Shown: positions 12,533-24,800 of the stretch, one piece after another
Layout: each line of letters starts with the position of its first letter
Position numbering within the stretch: the stretch's first letter is position 1
NCBI GenBank assembly: GCA_002633005.1
Contig: NMRA01000030.1
Location: 566,477 to 630,476 of the forward strand
Direction of reading: 5' to 3'
DNA from: Phoronis australis
Taxonomy: Eukaryota; Animalia; Phoronida
DNA length: 64,000 nt
Notes under the pieces: model-generated
Told to the model about the DNA's origin: nothing
Database searches by the model: none
What the model saw: only the letters and a program-made list of their open reading frames with translations
Translations under genes and position numbers: made by a program

Positions 12533-14039
12533 AGGCAAAGGCAACCTTTTTTCATGTCATTTCTAGTAAAAAAGGTTCGTTGATTATCCCAGACATATTT
12601 TTCATTTAATTACAGGTTTTTGTAATTTAAACACTTACTCGTCCTTTATTCCGGAGGTGACATTTGGGAGGCAAGTATTTCGTGCCAATTTCTTTTCATA
12701 CAGTCTGACTGTGAGAGCTGCCGATTCAGTCATTGTTCTACCTCTGTTGTGTTTAGTTTGGTCGTCGTTTGCTTTTGTTTACGACGAGTCAGTCAACATG
12801 CCACACTGTTGCTGCTTGTAACCGAGATGTACTCATTATCGTCTCACGCACAGAGGAACAATTGTCCCACTTGCCAGAGTGTCCCACGACACGCTCCCAC
12901 TGGATGGTGACCTGAGCACACAAACTGTTTACATCCCGCCGTGTGACTCCCTCGCCACACACCTGACACCTTCTGAATAGCTCCAATACTTTAGACAAGT
13001 CATCAATAAACTTAACAAAGTTTGGCTCACTAATCTTAGTCCGGGAGCCAGGGGGCTAAACCTGTTTGCCGGATAAAGTTTTTTCTTTGCTTTTTTATGT
13101 AGCCTAGCATTAAATAACCATGATTTAGGGTGCCGGGTGACTATTCACAACCCTTGAGCGTTTTATGCAAATTAAGGTCGCCATTATGCAAAATTTAATT
13201 TTGCTTATAATTTCCTTACCAAGCACTGCAGCCAGATAACTTTGACGTTTTTACCCATACTTTCATGGTCAACGAATTTAACAGTGCAAGTTTTTTGGTA
13301 AATACATTGTCAATTTGCATAATTTATGCAAATTAAGGCCGTCATTATGAAAAATTCTGTTTTTGCTTATAATTTCCTTACCAAGTACTGCAGGCAGGTT
13401 ATTTTAATGCTTCCACCGATGTTTCCATGGTCAATGAATTAAATAGTGCAAGTTTTTTTGGTGAATACATTGTTAATTTGCATAATATATGCAAATTAAG
13501 GCGGCCTATTTATTCAAAATTCTTCTTGTGTTTATAGCTACTGAACCAGGCATCATAGATGAACTATCATGATATTTGCACCTAATTCTTTTGGTCAATT
13601 AGTTTAATGAAATCGATTTGCATGTTTTCTGCATGATAAAATGGCATAGTTAATGCAAATTTGCATAACTGATGCACATTAAGGGCGCCATTATTCAAAA
13701 TTCTACTTGTGCTTATAGCTGCGGTACCAAGCACCACAGGTTAACTCTCATGATATTTGAACCTATGTTCCTGTTTTGTCAATTCAGGTTAATGAAATCA
13801 GTTTGTAAGTATGCATGAAAATTAGCGTAATTCATGCAAATAAAGGCACCCATTATTAAAAAGTCTGTTTCTGCTTGTAACTTTCTTACGGGGGGGGGGG
13901 CACTACATGTAGATTGTTTTGATATTTTGCTACTTTTGTCTGATACCCACAGTATACATAGTAGATGACCAAATTGTTTACTAAATTGTACATCACTTTT
14001 TGGCCATCAAGTGAGATTAAAAAACGGACGATCGCGCAC

Positions 14040-15139
14040 AAATAAAAATGTTCATGTTATTCAACATTTGTCTATTCATTAGACATCATCAGGATAATTA
14101 TATACAAACATGAAAGACAGCAAGTGCCAATATAGAGCTCAGGTAAGATCCATAAAGTGAAGTAAGAGATACAGGTAATAGTTAGTGGCTATTCATCACC
14201 ATAGTTGCAGGATCACTGAGCTCTGCTTGTTATTCAGGGAATCAGTAGCATGCTGGTTTTGAATGGGCATTCCCCAATGACTCTTTAATGTACAGTAATT
14301 CTTTTATAGGTTCTCTACAGATAATACTCACTGAATATGGCTTGGTGGTTGTTGATAACACAGTGCCTATATATGTTGCTTTTCTCTGAGGTGTGATGTT
14401 CTTTCAGCCTGTCACAGACGCCTCTCTGTGCCAGTAGGATATAGAATTCCTTACAGTTGTGACATTCAACCTCATAAACAACATTGCTATTGTTTAATAA
14501 AAGGATGGGTGACTTCAGTGTTCACAGCATATTGGAAAGTTTACGAAGAGGCTTGAAAACAACTATCAGTTCAACGGCTGGGTCTATGCAATGAATAAGG
14601 TGAGATAATTGACGTTTCAATTTTTTATTATTTGGCCCGGTGTAACCACGAAAAAAGAAAACTTTCTGTTTCTCAGGTCTAATAACAGCTACGTTATTCA
14701 CCCCATTCATTTTTGAAAGGAAGTACCTTTTACAGATATTCAAAAAATTCAGAGGGTAACCATTGACATGCAATAACTGGAAAATCCTAACTACGTCACT
14801 GTTAACATTTAAATTGGTGGAACAAATTCTCCAGGCATTGTGTGACAAGCAATTAACTAGACCTCTAGATCGGCACAAAACTATCAAATTTAAGATAAAG
14901 CCCAAAAACGGGGCTTACAATACACTGGTGTAACAATGTTGCTGCTCACATGTTTAACCAAGACATCTAGAAAAGGTAAACAAGACTCGTGCTCAGATTC
15001 ACTGGTGAAGTTGATGGACGGATGCATATTGTTCATATGATTGAAAAAAGTGTTGACTAAGTTCTTGGATGTATACATAACAAACGTATCGTCCACATAC
15101 CTACGATAAAATTGTGGTTCACAGTCCAGTGGACAGCTA
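14040..15139 (-). mobile_element. Degenerate Penelope-like retroelement (RT C-terminus + GIY-YIG endonuclease)
   Basis: Motifs FYRRYVDDTF, HPSINFT, LPFLDV, VYCKP, NGYP, NVVYEVECHNC..YI and RLKEH. The upstream RT motif GVAMGSP is at 17364-17390. Confidence 0.85.
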
Positions 15140-17363
15140 CCTGGGTGAGAATTTGACGTTTGACACGCAAATGTGTAAAAAAATGTGTAATACATGTCAA
15201 AATTGCCACGCTAACGTGTAAAACGTGTAAAAACATTATACTCTAGTGTATCAAACGTGTAAAATTTTACACCCTAGCGTGTCAGACATGTAAAATATGA
15301 TTCTTAAATAATATTTGAAATAGGCTTGGCAGTTCTGAAAAGACCACTGGGAGATAATCACCCAATTTGAATGACTAAACATGTTCCCTTGATAACATAA
15401 AAGAATTTACAACAAAAGATTTCACTGCCTTTTCAAATATCCAAATACTGAGTGAGAGTTGGTTTAGCTGTCAGAGAGTGCAGTTGTGTCAGGAGAGCAC
15501 TTATGAAGTATGGTTTTCGAATTTGGTGCAGCTCTAACCGAAGTTTGGTATGTACATACTCTGGTTGACAGTGGCTTGATAAACTTTTCTTGCAAATGGA
15601 CTTTCTTTTAACAGGCATAGGTGGATTTAGGGGGGGGCCCAGGGGGCTCGGGCCCCCCTTTGGCCGCCGCAAAAAAAACAAAACAGCAAGAGCGTAGGAA
15701 AATGTTGAGTTTATTAATTAAAACCGGTAATTAAAATTATACGGGTGAAACAAGATTTAAATGTGTGCAGTTTTAGTGTTTGGGAGGGGGCTCAGATCCA
15801 ATTTCAAATGTTTAATTCGGAAAACGGCGCATTCGTAACGGAGCTATGGCTAAGTATAGGCTCTCCCGCGATATCCAAGGCGACCAGCAGTGCCGCTGCG
15901 CACTACGACTCCGTTTCCGTTGTCTGCTCCACTGTGCAATGAAGAAAATTCACTTCATTTTTAAAGAAAATGGAACCTGAGTGACGATGAAAAAAGAGAA
16001 GCTGCTGGTAAGATGTGAATTTTAATCAAATCCTTACTGAATCACTCAGAAACTCATAATTCTCTCTTTCTCAAACCTTAACTTAAGACGATTTCCAAAG
16101 CAATCCCATCATTATTGCCAACACAAAAAAGGGATTTGGTCTTTTGGGCATTTGAAGACAAATTTGTTAAGAACCGATTGCACAAAATATAAAACGTGTA
16201 ATAAGCATCACAAAAAGAAGGAGGTTTCGCGCGCAAACGCTGTGGACCATAAACAAGTAGGTCTCTTGATATAAGGTTAGTAGCTAAGCCGTGGTGGTGT
16301 GGTGGTAAGCACGCATGCTCTATCCGTTAGGTCGTGAGTTCGAGTCTCTGGTGCGTGCAGGTTTTCCTGTATGACACGTTGTCCGTGTGTTTTTTTGCCT
16401 GTTTTTCTTGGATAATACTTCAGGAACCAAGGAAAATGCTTGATTTTTAGAGGAAAAAACAGAAAGATTTCCTGGGCGGGAGGGGAGCCCCCTCCCGACC
16501 TCCCCCCATTCGGTGCTATGCGCATCTACAATTGTGGTTTGCGCAAATGCTTACAGCCGGACAAAATGTTGGGCCCCCCCTTGTGATATCCTAGATCCGC
16601 TACTGACGGGTAAGTTTGATTGTAACAGAAAAGAAGAGTCAGTAGAAACTAATGACTATGCAGGTAATATATGAAGTTGGAACGCCTCTCATCTTCTGTA
16701 GTATATCAATTCATAATTGTTGTTATAGGATCAACTCACATTTTGTGTCAGGTTGAATGAGGATAAGACATTGTGTGTAGAGGTTTGGGCTGCAAAATCA
16801 ACATGAACTCGATGTTATGACAAATGTTGAATCACTCTTGCATGGTAATTCAAAAATGTTACAAAGTGCGTCTGTTCTTTACTTCATAAACTGTCTTCAA
16901 GCAACTGACACGACTCAAAAGCTAATTTATGTAAATATATGTAGCAGCTTAAGCACTTCGAACTTGTATGTTGAACCATTTTCTTATTTCTTTGTTAATG
17001 TTTTTCTAGATGTAATGAAATTTATAGTGACAACTGTATGTGGTAAGAATTGGAAAAAAAAAGAATTGGATAGTTACATTATCCTTTTAAAGATTCTATA
17101 TCATTATCACACTTTGGATTATTTACATGTTACAATAAACAGTGACTTAAAAAAGAAATCCCTTTATACCGTGGCATTTGCTTTCAGTATGGATTCCGAT
17201 GGAGGATGGTGAGCTGCTATAAACAAGAACATTATGGATTGTACAGGGCCTCAGGCTAAATGTGGGGTCGCTACCATGGCAATGACATAGATTACATGCT
17301 AGCGTGGCAAAAGCACCACTTTAGACATGCTAGCGTGGCAAAAGCGCCACGTTTGACACAGGG
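15140..17363. mobile_element. Unclassified TIR element (CACTA/EnSpm-like) interrupting the Penelope RT
   Basis: Ends are CCTGGGTG... and ...CACAGGG. Inverted subterminal repeats TTGCCACGCTA(A/G)C(G/A)TGT occur at 15203-15290 and 17292-17360. Confidence 0.5.
15616..16605 (+). mobile_element. ~1 kb non-autonomous TIR element (hAT5-like, 5-bp TSD) containing a tRNA-like module
   Basis: acagg|CATAGGTGGATTTAG...CTAGATCCGCTACTG|acggg. A full-length inverted homologue is at 34184-35187. Confidence 0.85.
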
Positions 17364-19360
17364 GTGAACCCATGGCCACCCCATTGTTGTTTCGTGCAAT
17401 GATATCCTGGGCATGTGCATGAAGATGTGCCTTACTTTCTTCCCTGTGATAGGTTTTAGTACAAGATCTAATGCTACTCTCCATCTCTCCATGATCTGTT
17501 TCAATCTTGTAGGACCATCGGCAACTTGTGCCCAAAGCTACAGAGTCTTATTTGAGGGGAATTCCATACTATTCCCTCACTACTGTATTCGTACCTCATG
17601 AATGTGGTCCCTATAACCTGATCTCAGCGAGCCCCATTCCAGCATTCACCCAAGTCATTAAACTAATCTGCGTTTTTTCTATGGTCTGTGGGAGCGCAGG
17701 GCAATAGGCAATACCTTTTTGGAATTTAAGATCTCAAACTGCAGAACACACACTACACAAATATTTTCTTACTTCATCATCAAGGAGATTATACAAATTT
17801 TTCATGCGACAACCTGCAAACAGATTTCATTAAATTCATTGACCGCTGAAACATGGGTGCAAATATTATAACTAAACTCTGGTGTCCGATGCAGCAGTTA
17901 TAAGCACAAGTAGAATTTTGAATATTGCAGCTGTAATTTGTGTAAAATTATGAATTATGCAAATTCTTGATGACAGTGAAAACATGAGATAAATTCGAAA
18001 ATAATCTACATGTAATGCCCGTGAGAAAATTATGAGGAGAAATAGTATTTGGAATACTGGTGTTCTTTATTTGTATAAATTATGAAAATCCATCCTAGTA
18101 CTTATAACCAACAGTAGAATTTTGAATAATGACGACCTTAATTTGCATATATTGTGCATATTTACGATGTATCCACCAGCAAACGAGGTCCATTAAATTC
18201 ACTGACCATGGAAGCATAGGTGGAAACATTAAGTAACCTGTCTGAAGTGCTTGGTAAGGGCGTTTTAAGCAAAATATAATTTGAATAATGGTGGCCTTAA
18301 TTTGCATTAATTATGCAAATTTATCCTGCAACAACATGCAAACCGATTTCGTTTAACTAATTGACCATTGAAACATAGGCGCAAATATCATGATAATTCT
18401 GTGATAATTGGTGCCATAGCTATTAAAACAAGTATAATTTTGAATACTGGCAACCTTAATTTGTAGAAATTATGCAAATTGACGATGTATCCACCCAAAA
18501 AATTTCACTATTAAATTCATTGACCTTAGAAACATGGGTGAAAGCATCACAATAACCTGTGTCTGTCTGCAGTACTTGGTAAGGAAATTATAAGCAAAAA
18601 CAGAATCTTGCATAATGATGGCATAATGATGGCCTTAATTTATATAAATTATGCAAATTAACAATGTATTCACCAAAAAACTTGCACTATTAAATTCGTT
18701 GACCATGAAAACATGAGTAAAAATGTCAAAATTATTTGGCTGCAGTGCTTGATATGGAAATTAAAGCAAAAATAGAATTTTGCATAATGGCGACCTTGAT
18801 TTGCATATTTTAAAAACTGCTCAAGGGTTGCGAACGATCACCCCCCTAAATCATGATTAACTATGTCTATGCTACATGACATAGCAAAGAAAAAACTTTA
18901 TCCGCAAATCCATGTTAAGTAAAAAACAGCATTTGGCTCCCGGACTATTTATTCATTGGACGATGAACTGTCCTCTTCACTGGGTGTCGAACGGGGCCTG
19001 TATTCACTCCCTCTACTCAACATCGCAGCAGGGCTGCTTACAGGCTCTGGACGATAATGAGTACATCTCGGTTACAAGCAGCAACAGTGTGGCATGTTGA
19101 CTGACTCGTAAACAAAAGCAAACGACAACCGAATTTGCAGTAGCTGATGTATAACAATGACTGACTCTACAGCTCTCATAGTCACACTATATGAAAAGAA
19201 ATTGGCGTGAAATTCTTGCCTCCCAAAACGTCACTTCCAGAGTAAAGGACGAATAATTAATTAAACTACAAAAAGCTGTAATTAAGTGAAAAATATGTGT
19301 GGGATAATCAAAGAAACTTATTTTTGCTTAAAATGACATGAAAAAAGGTTGCCTTTCCCT

Positions 19361-19837
19361 TTAAATACTACTGTAACTTTAAGACTACTGTTCTGAACCA
19401 TATCTTAAGTTACCGCTACATAATAGTCGTATTCAAGCATTTACTCATTTACGTTGTTCCATTTACCATAGACTATTTGTGGAAGTGGGTAGAGTACACG
19501 AGAAAGTGGAATATTAGTAATAGATTATGTTTGATTTGCAATGATGGTCATGTAGAGGATCGGATGAATACCAGTACTTCCTGTTGATTTGCAAGGGATA
19601 TTGTGAACTTAGGTCACGTTTTATGAATGAAGTTCAATGTACGCACCCAACACAAGAATCCTGTATATGCCAGTGCTAGCTAATCGAGATATGTTATTAA
19701 ATATGTGAATTCTACCCTTAAAAGAAGAGAACAACTCTTAAATGGGTTGATTGGATATGCAAATGTGCCTGTTTAATAATTTTTGTTTATTGTACTTTGG
19801 GCCGGAGGCCTTTAATACAAATAAAGGTATTAAAAAA
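19361..19837 (+). mobile_element. 3' part of the same RTEX-like LINE
   Basis: The frame rejoins across the TTAA insertion (NAKL|KYYCNFK). It continues through VEVGR and RLCLICNDGHVED..FLLIC (C-terminal Zn knuckle) to AATAAA and an A-rich tail. Confidence 0.8.
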
Positions 19838-20015
19838 TACTGATGACAGTTGTAATTCCACCTGTTAAGAGCGTGAGCATTCATAGCGGCAGATTAGCAA
19901 GTATGTTATTCAAGAACAAATTTGCAAGTTTGTTCTTTGTTTAGGTGGATATTCGAGACAAGTTCTGATAACAGAGATATCAGTAGACCCCTTGCCCTGA
20001 TATAAGAGATTAGTA

Positions 20016-21510
20016 CCGTATTCGCCATCAAAACTGCTCATGCCCCTATAAGCGCCCCCGATGCGTTTTCAGAATTTGCTAAAATAAGCGCCGAGTCCAT
20101 GAACGCGTACGTGCAAAAAGTGCCTTACCTACAGTCCTAAAATTCTACAGTAACGTCTTCAATTTATCAATAATATCCGACAGTCCTGAAAAAAATCATT
20201 GTGCGCACAATTTGTGGACCACTAGCCTCGACGCTATGTTGGTATTTAGCGGTAACTTACACTTCAAACTTCCGCCATGCCTCAAAACGATCACAAAAGT
20301 TTTGCTGATCTTGCGAGGACCGGGTGTATTTCAGAATAGACGTAGTGTACTTGTCTATGGGATTGCCTTGTAGATATTTCCCGCTTTCAGCAGAAATCCA
20401 AATTCCTCTGTACATGTGAAAACCACGAATCAAAGACTAATAAAAAGCTTGGCCAGAGTGAAAAGCACGTGGCCAGGAAGCGCGCGCTATGCATACAAGA
20501 ACCTGTCGTCAAAGACATTAGTCGGGAACTATCCATTCATGAAACGGGTAGCATAGCATCGGCAAGAAATGAATATTTGAACTAATTTCCGCTAGTTTCT
20601 AATACTTAAAAATTTTTGCGTTATTTTTAATATAGATTGTTTGATTAACCATAATTGGTGTTTTCAAGAAAAATATCCGATAAAATGACCACTGACAGTG
20701 AATGCTTACACACCCATACACCGAAAAGTAACTGTCAAATAGTTACGTACGCACCCAGCCACATGGCGGCTAATATGGGCCTTACCGGGACGAATGTCGA
20801 ACGTTTTTAGCACATGAGACCGGCAAGTGCTGAATGAAACACTCTGGTTTAGGCCTATAGTGCTAGTGCAAATTTCTTTAGATACAATGCACAGTCATCT
20901 AGCTCGTTAGATTGTGTGGCTCTGGCCAAAAGACGTTCTCTGCTCTAGAAAATGAACTCTGGTGACACGCACGTGCTCGCTTACTCACGACAAACTTCAA
21001 AACAAACGTCACGTGACAACAATATGTGTGTTCGTCCAGACATTTTTCTCGTGTTGCCGATCTTGCATACATGTAGATGGCACGATGTAGCACAGATTTA
21101 TACTTAAACCCGACTCCACGGGATCTTAAAAATCTAAGGGACGCTACTTGGAGAACTTAAGGAGGATTTCAGGTAATTTGCTTGAGTCGAAACTGTATTT
21201 TTATTCAAGCATTCAAGTCACCATATTGACGATTGCGAGGCAGTCGGCGAGTTTTTGCCCTGAGATTTCAGCATAATTTTCTGTAAAATGATCGTAATTT
21301 AGCAGCAAAGTTTGATAGCAATGCATCGCGGTTTTGTAGAAAGTCTTTCATAGATTACAGATACGTCACAGAGCATAAATATGATGAATCTTAGCTTCCG
21401 ATTTCACCCGTTTCGGAGACCGGATTTCATCCGTCTAATGGGTTATAATAAATGCCCCCCTTGAAACGAACTTTTCTAAGAACCCTGGGCGGTTATTGTG
21501 ACGAATACGG
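20016..21510 (+). mobile_element. ~1.5 kb non-autonomous Tc2/pogo-like element, TA TSD
   Basis: TA|CCGTATTCGCC ... GACGAATACGG|TA. Homologues lie at 55322-56683 (inverted), 39423-39975 and 35432-35510. Confidence 0.85.
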
Positions 21511-21742
21511 TAATAGACCCTGTTTCCTTTACAAGCTCTATCATATTGTAATGAGGCTTCCGTTGAGTTTTAGCGAATTCCATTTTGAAAACATGAGAAT
21601 TACTGTCCGCTGAAATTATACATTTGCTTTCAGCAGAGTTTCAGTGACTTGGCTTTCTGTTTTGACTATAGAGCTAACTTCTAACCGGTATACATTGTTT
21701 TCCTTTATTTAGGCAGAAGCCATAGATCAAGTCCCAGGTACA

Positions 21743-21892
21743 ATGACGCACAACTATTCAGGAAGCTCAGCCAATGGGAAATGTATGGCCACAGAAGACA
21801 TTATGGTCTTCTGTGGTAATCTAGTACATGCAACCAAGGAGGAGCCTATGGTGATACTCCGGGATCATGTGATAGGTGTCCGTGGAAACTTG
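21743..21892 (+). CDS. GDA: GDA coding exon 1 (MTHNYS...FCGNLVHATKEEPMVILRDHVIGVRGNL)
   Basis: Resembles the GDA N-terminus (FxGxxVHxTxxxPMxxLRDHxxGV). Donor is TTG|gtgaga. An acceptor tttag ending at 21712 suggests a further upstream exon. Confidence 0.88.
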
Positions 21893-24800
21893 GTGAGACA
21901 CTATTGTGGTTGTATTAATATTTTTTCTTTATCTGCTTTATATCCAGATAGCAAACATGGTGAAAAGTGCTAAATAATTATTGCGGGCATACAGGATTCA
22001 TAAAAGGACCCAGTCTTTTTTATGCCTCTTTACCATAGTGTAAATAGGCCATGCCATGCACGTGCATTGTAGTGTACATAGGAGAGACTGCAACACTGAT
22101 GTAGATAGAGGGTGCTGTAAATATCTTCTCTTTGGGATCTCGGTGAAGAAGTTACTGATTAGGATGATTGGCAACTGTAGATTACTTTTCTTGCTTGAAC
22201 AATTTGAAAAGACATCATTCTTGGAAGGCGTGGCACCTATCCCAAAGGCAGCCATAGTGACAGGAATCTTGTTCAAACCCACTTTCCACCACAAATAAAC
22301 AACTTTGGATTTTGATCGTTTACCATGATGAAATTGATCTCAAAATAATTCCTTGGTCAAGTTGAAGGCAGTTTTAGGGTTGATAAATTTTGTAATATAA
22401 AATTCCACTTGTCCACTATACAGTCTGCTATATTCCACTAGTCCACTATATAGTCTGCTAAATTCAACTTGTACACTATACAGTCTGCTAAGAAAAGAAT
22501 TTCTTGTTAGTGATGTTGGTGCAAAACTAAATATCTTTCATTGAGGAGGCTGTTTGAGCATGCAGCCAATTCAAGGGGTCATAATCTTTCATTGAGGGGG
22601 CTGTTTAAGCATGCAGCCAATTCAAGGGGTCATTTTCCCCTCTCGGCTATCATCTTGGATGAGTAATTTTCCCTTTGTGCCGACGGAGGGCTGCGGTAAG
22701 TCATCTGTTTTGGACTGCAGTGTGATGCGAATGTCCCATGGTATTGACTGTAACTGGATTGTCTAATTTTCAGATTATATTTGTTGAGCCTAAAGCAAGA
22801 CTTGCTGAGATGCAACAAACATATAGCTTTTCAGAAGCAGATGTCCGCTACTTGAAAAATTGGTATGTTCTGAATTCTATGCTTTGATTTTATAACAGAT
22901 TTGATGTGCTCCTCTGTTATTTGATGTGTTTCTTCTGTTATGTCTGTGCATGATTCCCTACTATGTTCTGTAGGGAATCTGAGATATCCTGAGAAACCGG
23001 TGATTCTTTGTTGCTCACATTGATGTAAGAGAGTGCAAATTAAAAGATATAGTAGGTATTCGTGACCCAGTCATTGTTGCGTACCCTTCCATTAAAGAAC
23101 ATGTAGTGTCATCTTAGTTTCAATGCTCAAATTAGGAATTGTTATTATCTACTAGTATTACGGTGGTGTGTGGTTATACGTCCTCCTTATAATGTCAGTG
23201 TGTGATCACAGTACACAACAAACTTGTCTGTGGTTATACGTCCTCCTGATAATGTCAGAGTGTGATCATAGTGTACAACAAACTTGTCTGTTGTTATACA
23301 TCCTCCTTATAATGTCAGAGTGTGATCACAGTACACAACAAACTGGTCTGTGGTTATACGTCCTCCTGATAATGTTAGAGTGTGATCATAGTGTACAACA
23401 AACTTGTCTGTTGTTATACGTCCTCCTGATAATGTTAGAGTGTGATCATAGTATACAACAAATTGGTCTGTTGTAAAACATCCTGCTAATAATGTTAGAG
23501 TGTGATCACAGTACAGATTTCCGTCACGGGGGCTTAATAATGCGTCATTCAGCTAGTGGGCCATTCAGCTATAAGTCTAATGGTAAATTTCATTTAGCTT
23601 GATAACATGGAATTCCTTTTGCACATGATGGGTATTTTTTCAGATTCTTTTTGAGCAGCTATTACATATTAATGTTGAGTCAGTTGCTTAACGATTATTA
23701 GAAGGCGAATTTTTGCAAGTATAATAGCAAGTTGAAGTCTTTGCAAGTTAAAGTTACTATGTCTGTAACTTAAAGTTACAATGTCTTTGCATCTTATGTT
23801 TTTGCAACTTAAGAGTCTGCCAGTAAGAATCTTTACCTGAGTTAAGTGTCTTGGAAAGTCTTTTCATAAAATACATTGATCTCTGTCTCTTGTTTTTGCA
23901 GTGAGTTTGTTATTCCTGGATTTGTTGACACTCACATTCATGCTCCACAGTATGCTATAACAGGAACAGGTACGGATATTCAGCTACTCGATTGGCTGGA
24001 TACCTATGCCTTTCCTGTTGAGGCCAAATTCTCCAATCTCGACTTTGCTCAGGACGTTTACACCAAAGCTGTTGTACGTTATTTCATGTTTTGTTTTTAC
24101 CTTTGAAGTGATCTACTAACTGGTTTGTTTGTTTTTCCTTTCTGCTTGTTGTCACATGCTAACAATGAAATTAAATAAACTTCAAAATCATTTTCAATTG
24201 AGAACATTTGTCAAAATTGTACCTGCATGTACATAATGATTCACGCTAGCTGTAAAAAATAAATCTCAAAATTATAAGTTCAGAATATTAGCCAAATGCT
24301 CATGCAATTGAGCTTAATTGAAGATATTTACTATGTTATGTCAGTAATGCAACTGCCCTGTTTTTGAAGTTTGTATAATGCTCATGCTATAGATAATACC
24401 ATTATATCTCTCTCTTTCTGTCCTTACCCCTCCATCTCTCTCTTTTTCTCTGACCCCTCCATCCCTCCGTTGCCTCCTCAGTTGTTATTGACCTGTCTCT
24501 TTAGAGGTTGTGTGCTGATCTAGAAAAGGGATTTTTCATTATTTCGACTTTTGCAATGAAAAGTGGAGTCGACCATTAGTGATTTTGGAAATTTTTGCTG
24601 TTTTCATTGTTTATTTATTTATTTATTAATGTAATATTTATTTGTTGCCTATTCATTACGAGTTTCTAATTCATTTAAAGCTATTTGTTCGTTTAGACGT
24701 TAAAGATGTATCCCTCCAACTAGTTATGTATCCCTCCAGATAAAGTTGTATCCCTCTAGCTAATTATTTATCCCTCCAGATAAGGGTTTATCCCTCTAGC

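Larger units (their letters stand above)
13037..18947. mobile_element. Academ-like DNA transposon with long (~0.9 kb), internally repetitive inverted termini
   Basis: Termini are TAGTCCGGGAGCCA ... TGGCTCCCGGACTA (TAG...CTA). The arms 13037-~13900 and ~17780-18947 are inverted and built of ATGCAAATTAAGG-containing subrepeats. Flanks tct/ttt could be an imperfect 3-bp TSD. Confidence 0.7.
12533..19360 (-). mobile_element. Kolobok-like DNA transposon (internally deleted) with TTAA TSD and ~310-bp TIRs
   Basis: ttaa|AGGCAAAGGCAACC ... GGTTGCCTTTCCCT|ttaa, with TIRs at 12533-12843 and 19050-19360. Transposase-like remnant KFIDDLSKVLELFRRCQVCG...W..GHSGKW, plus a THAP-like start MPHCC in the TIR. 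Confidence 0.75.
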
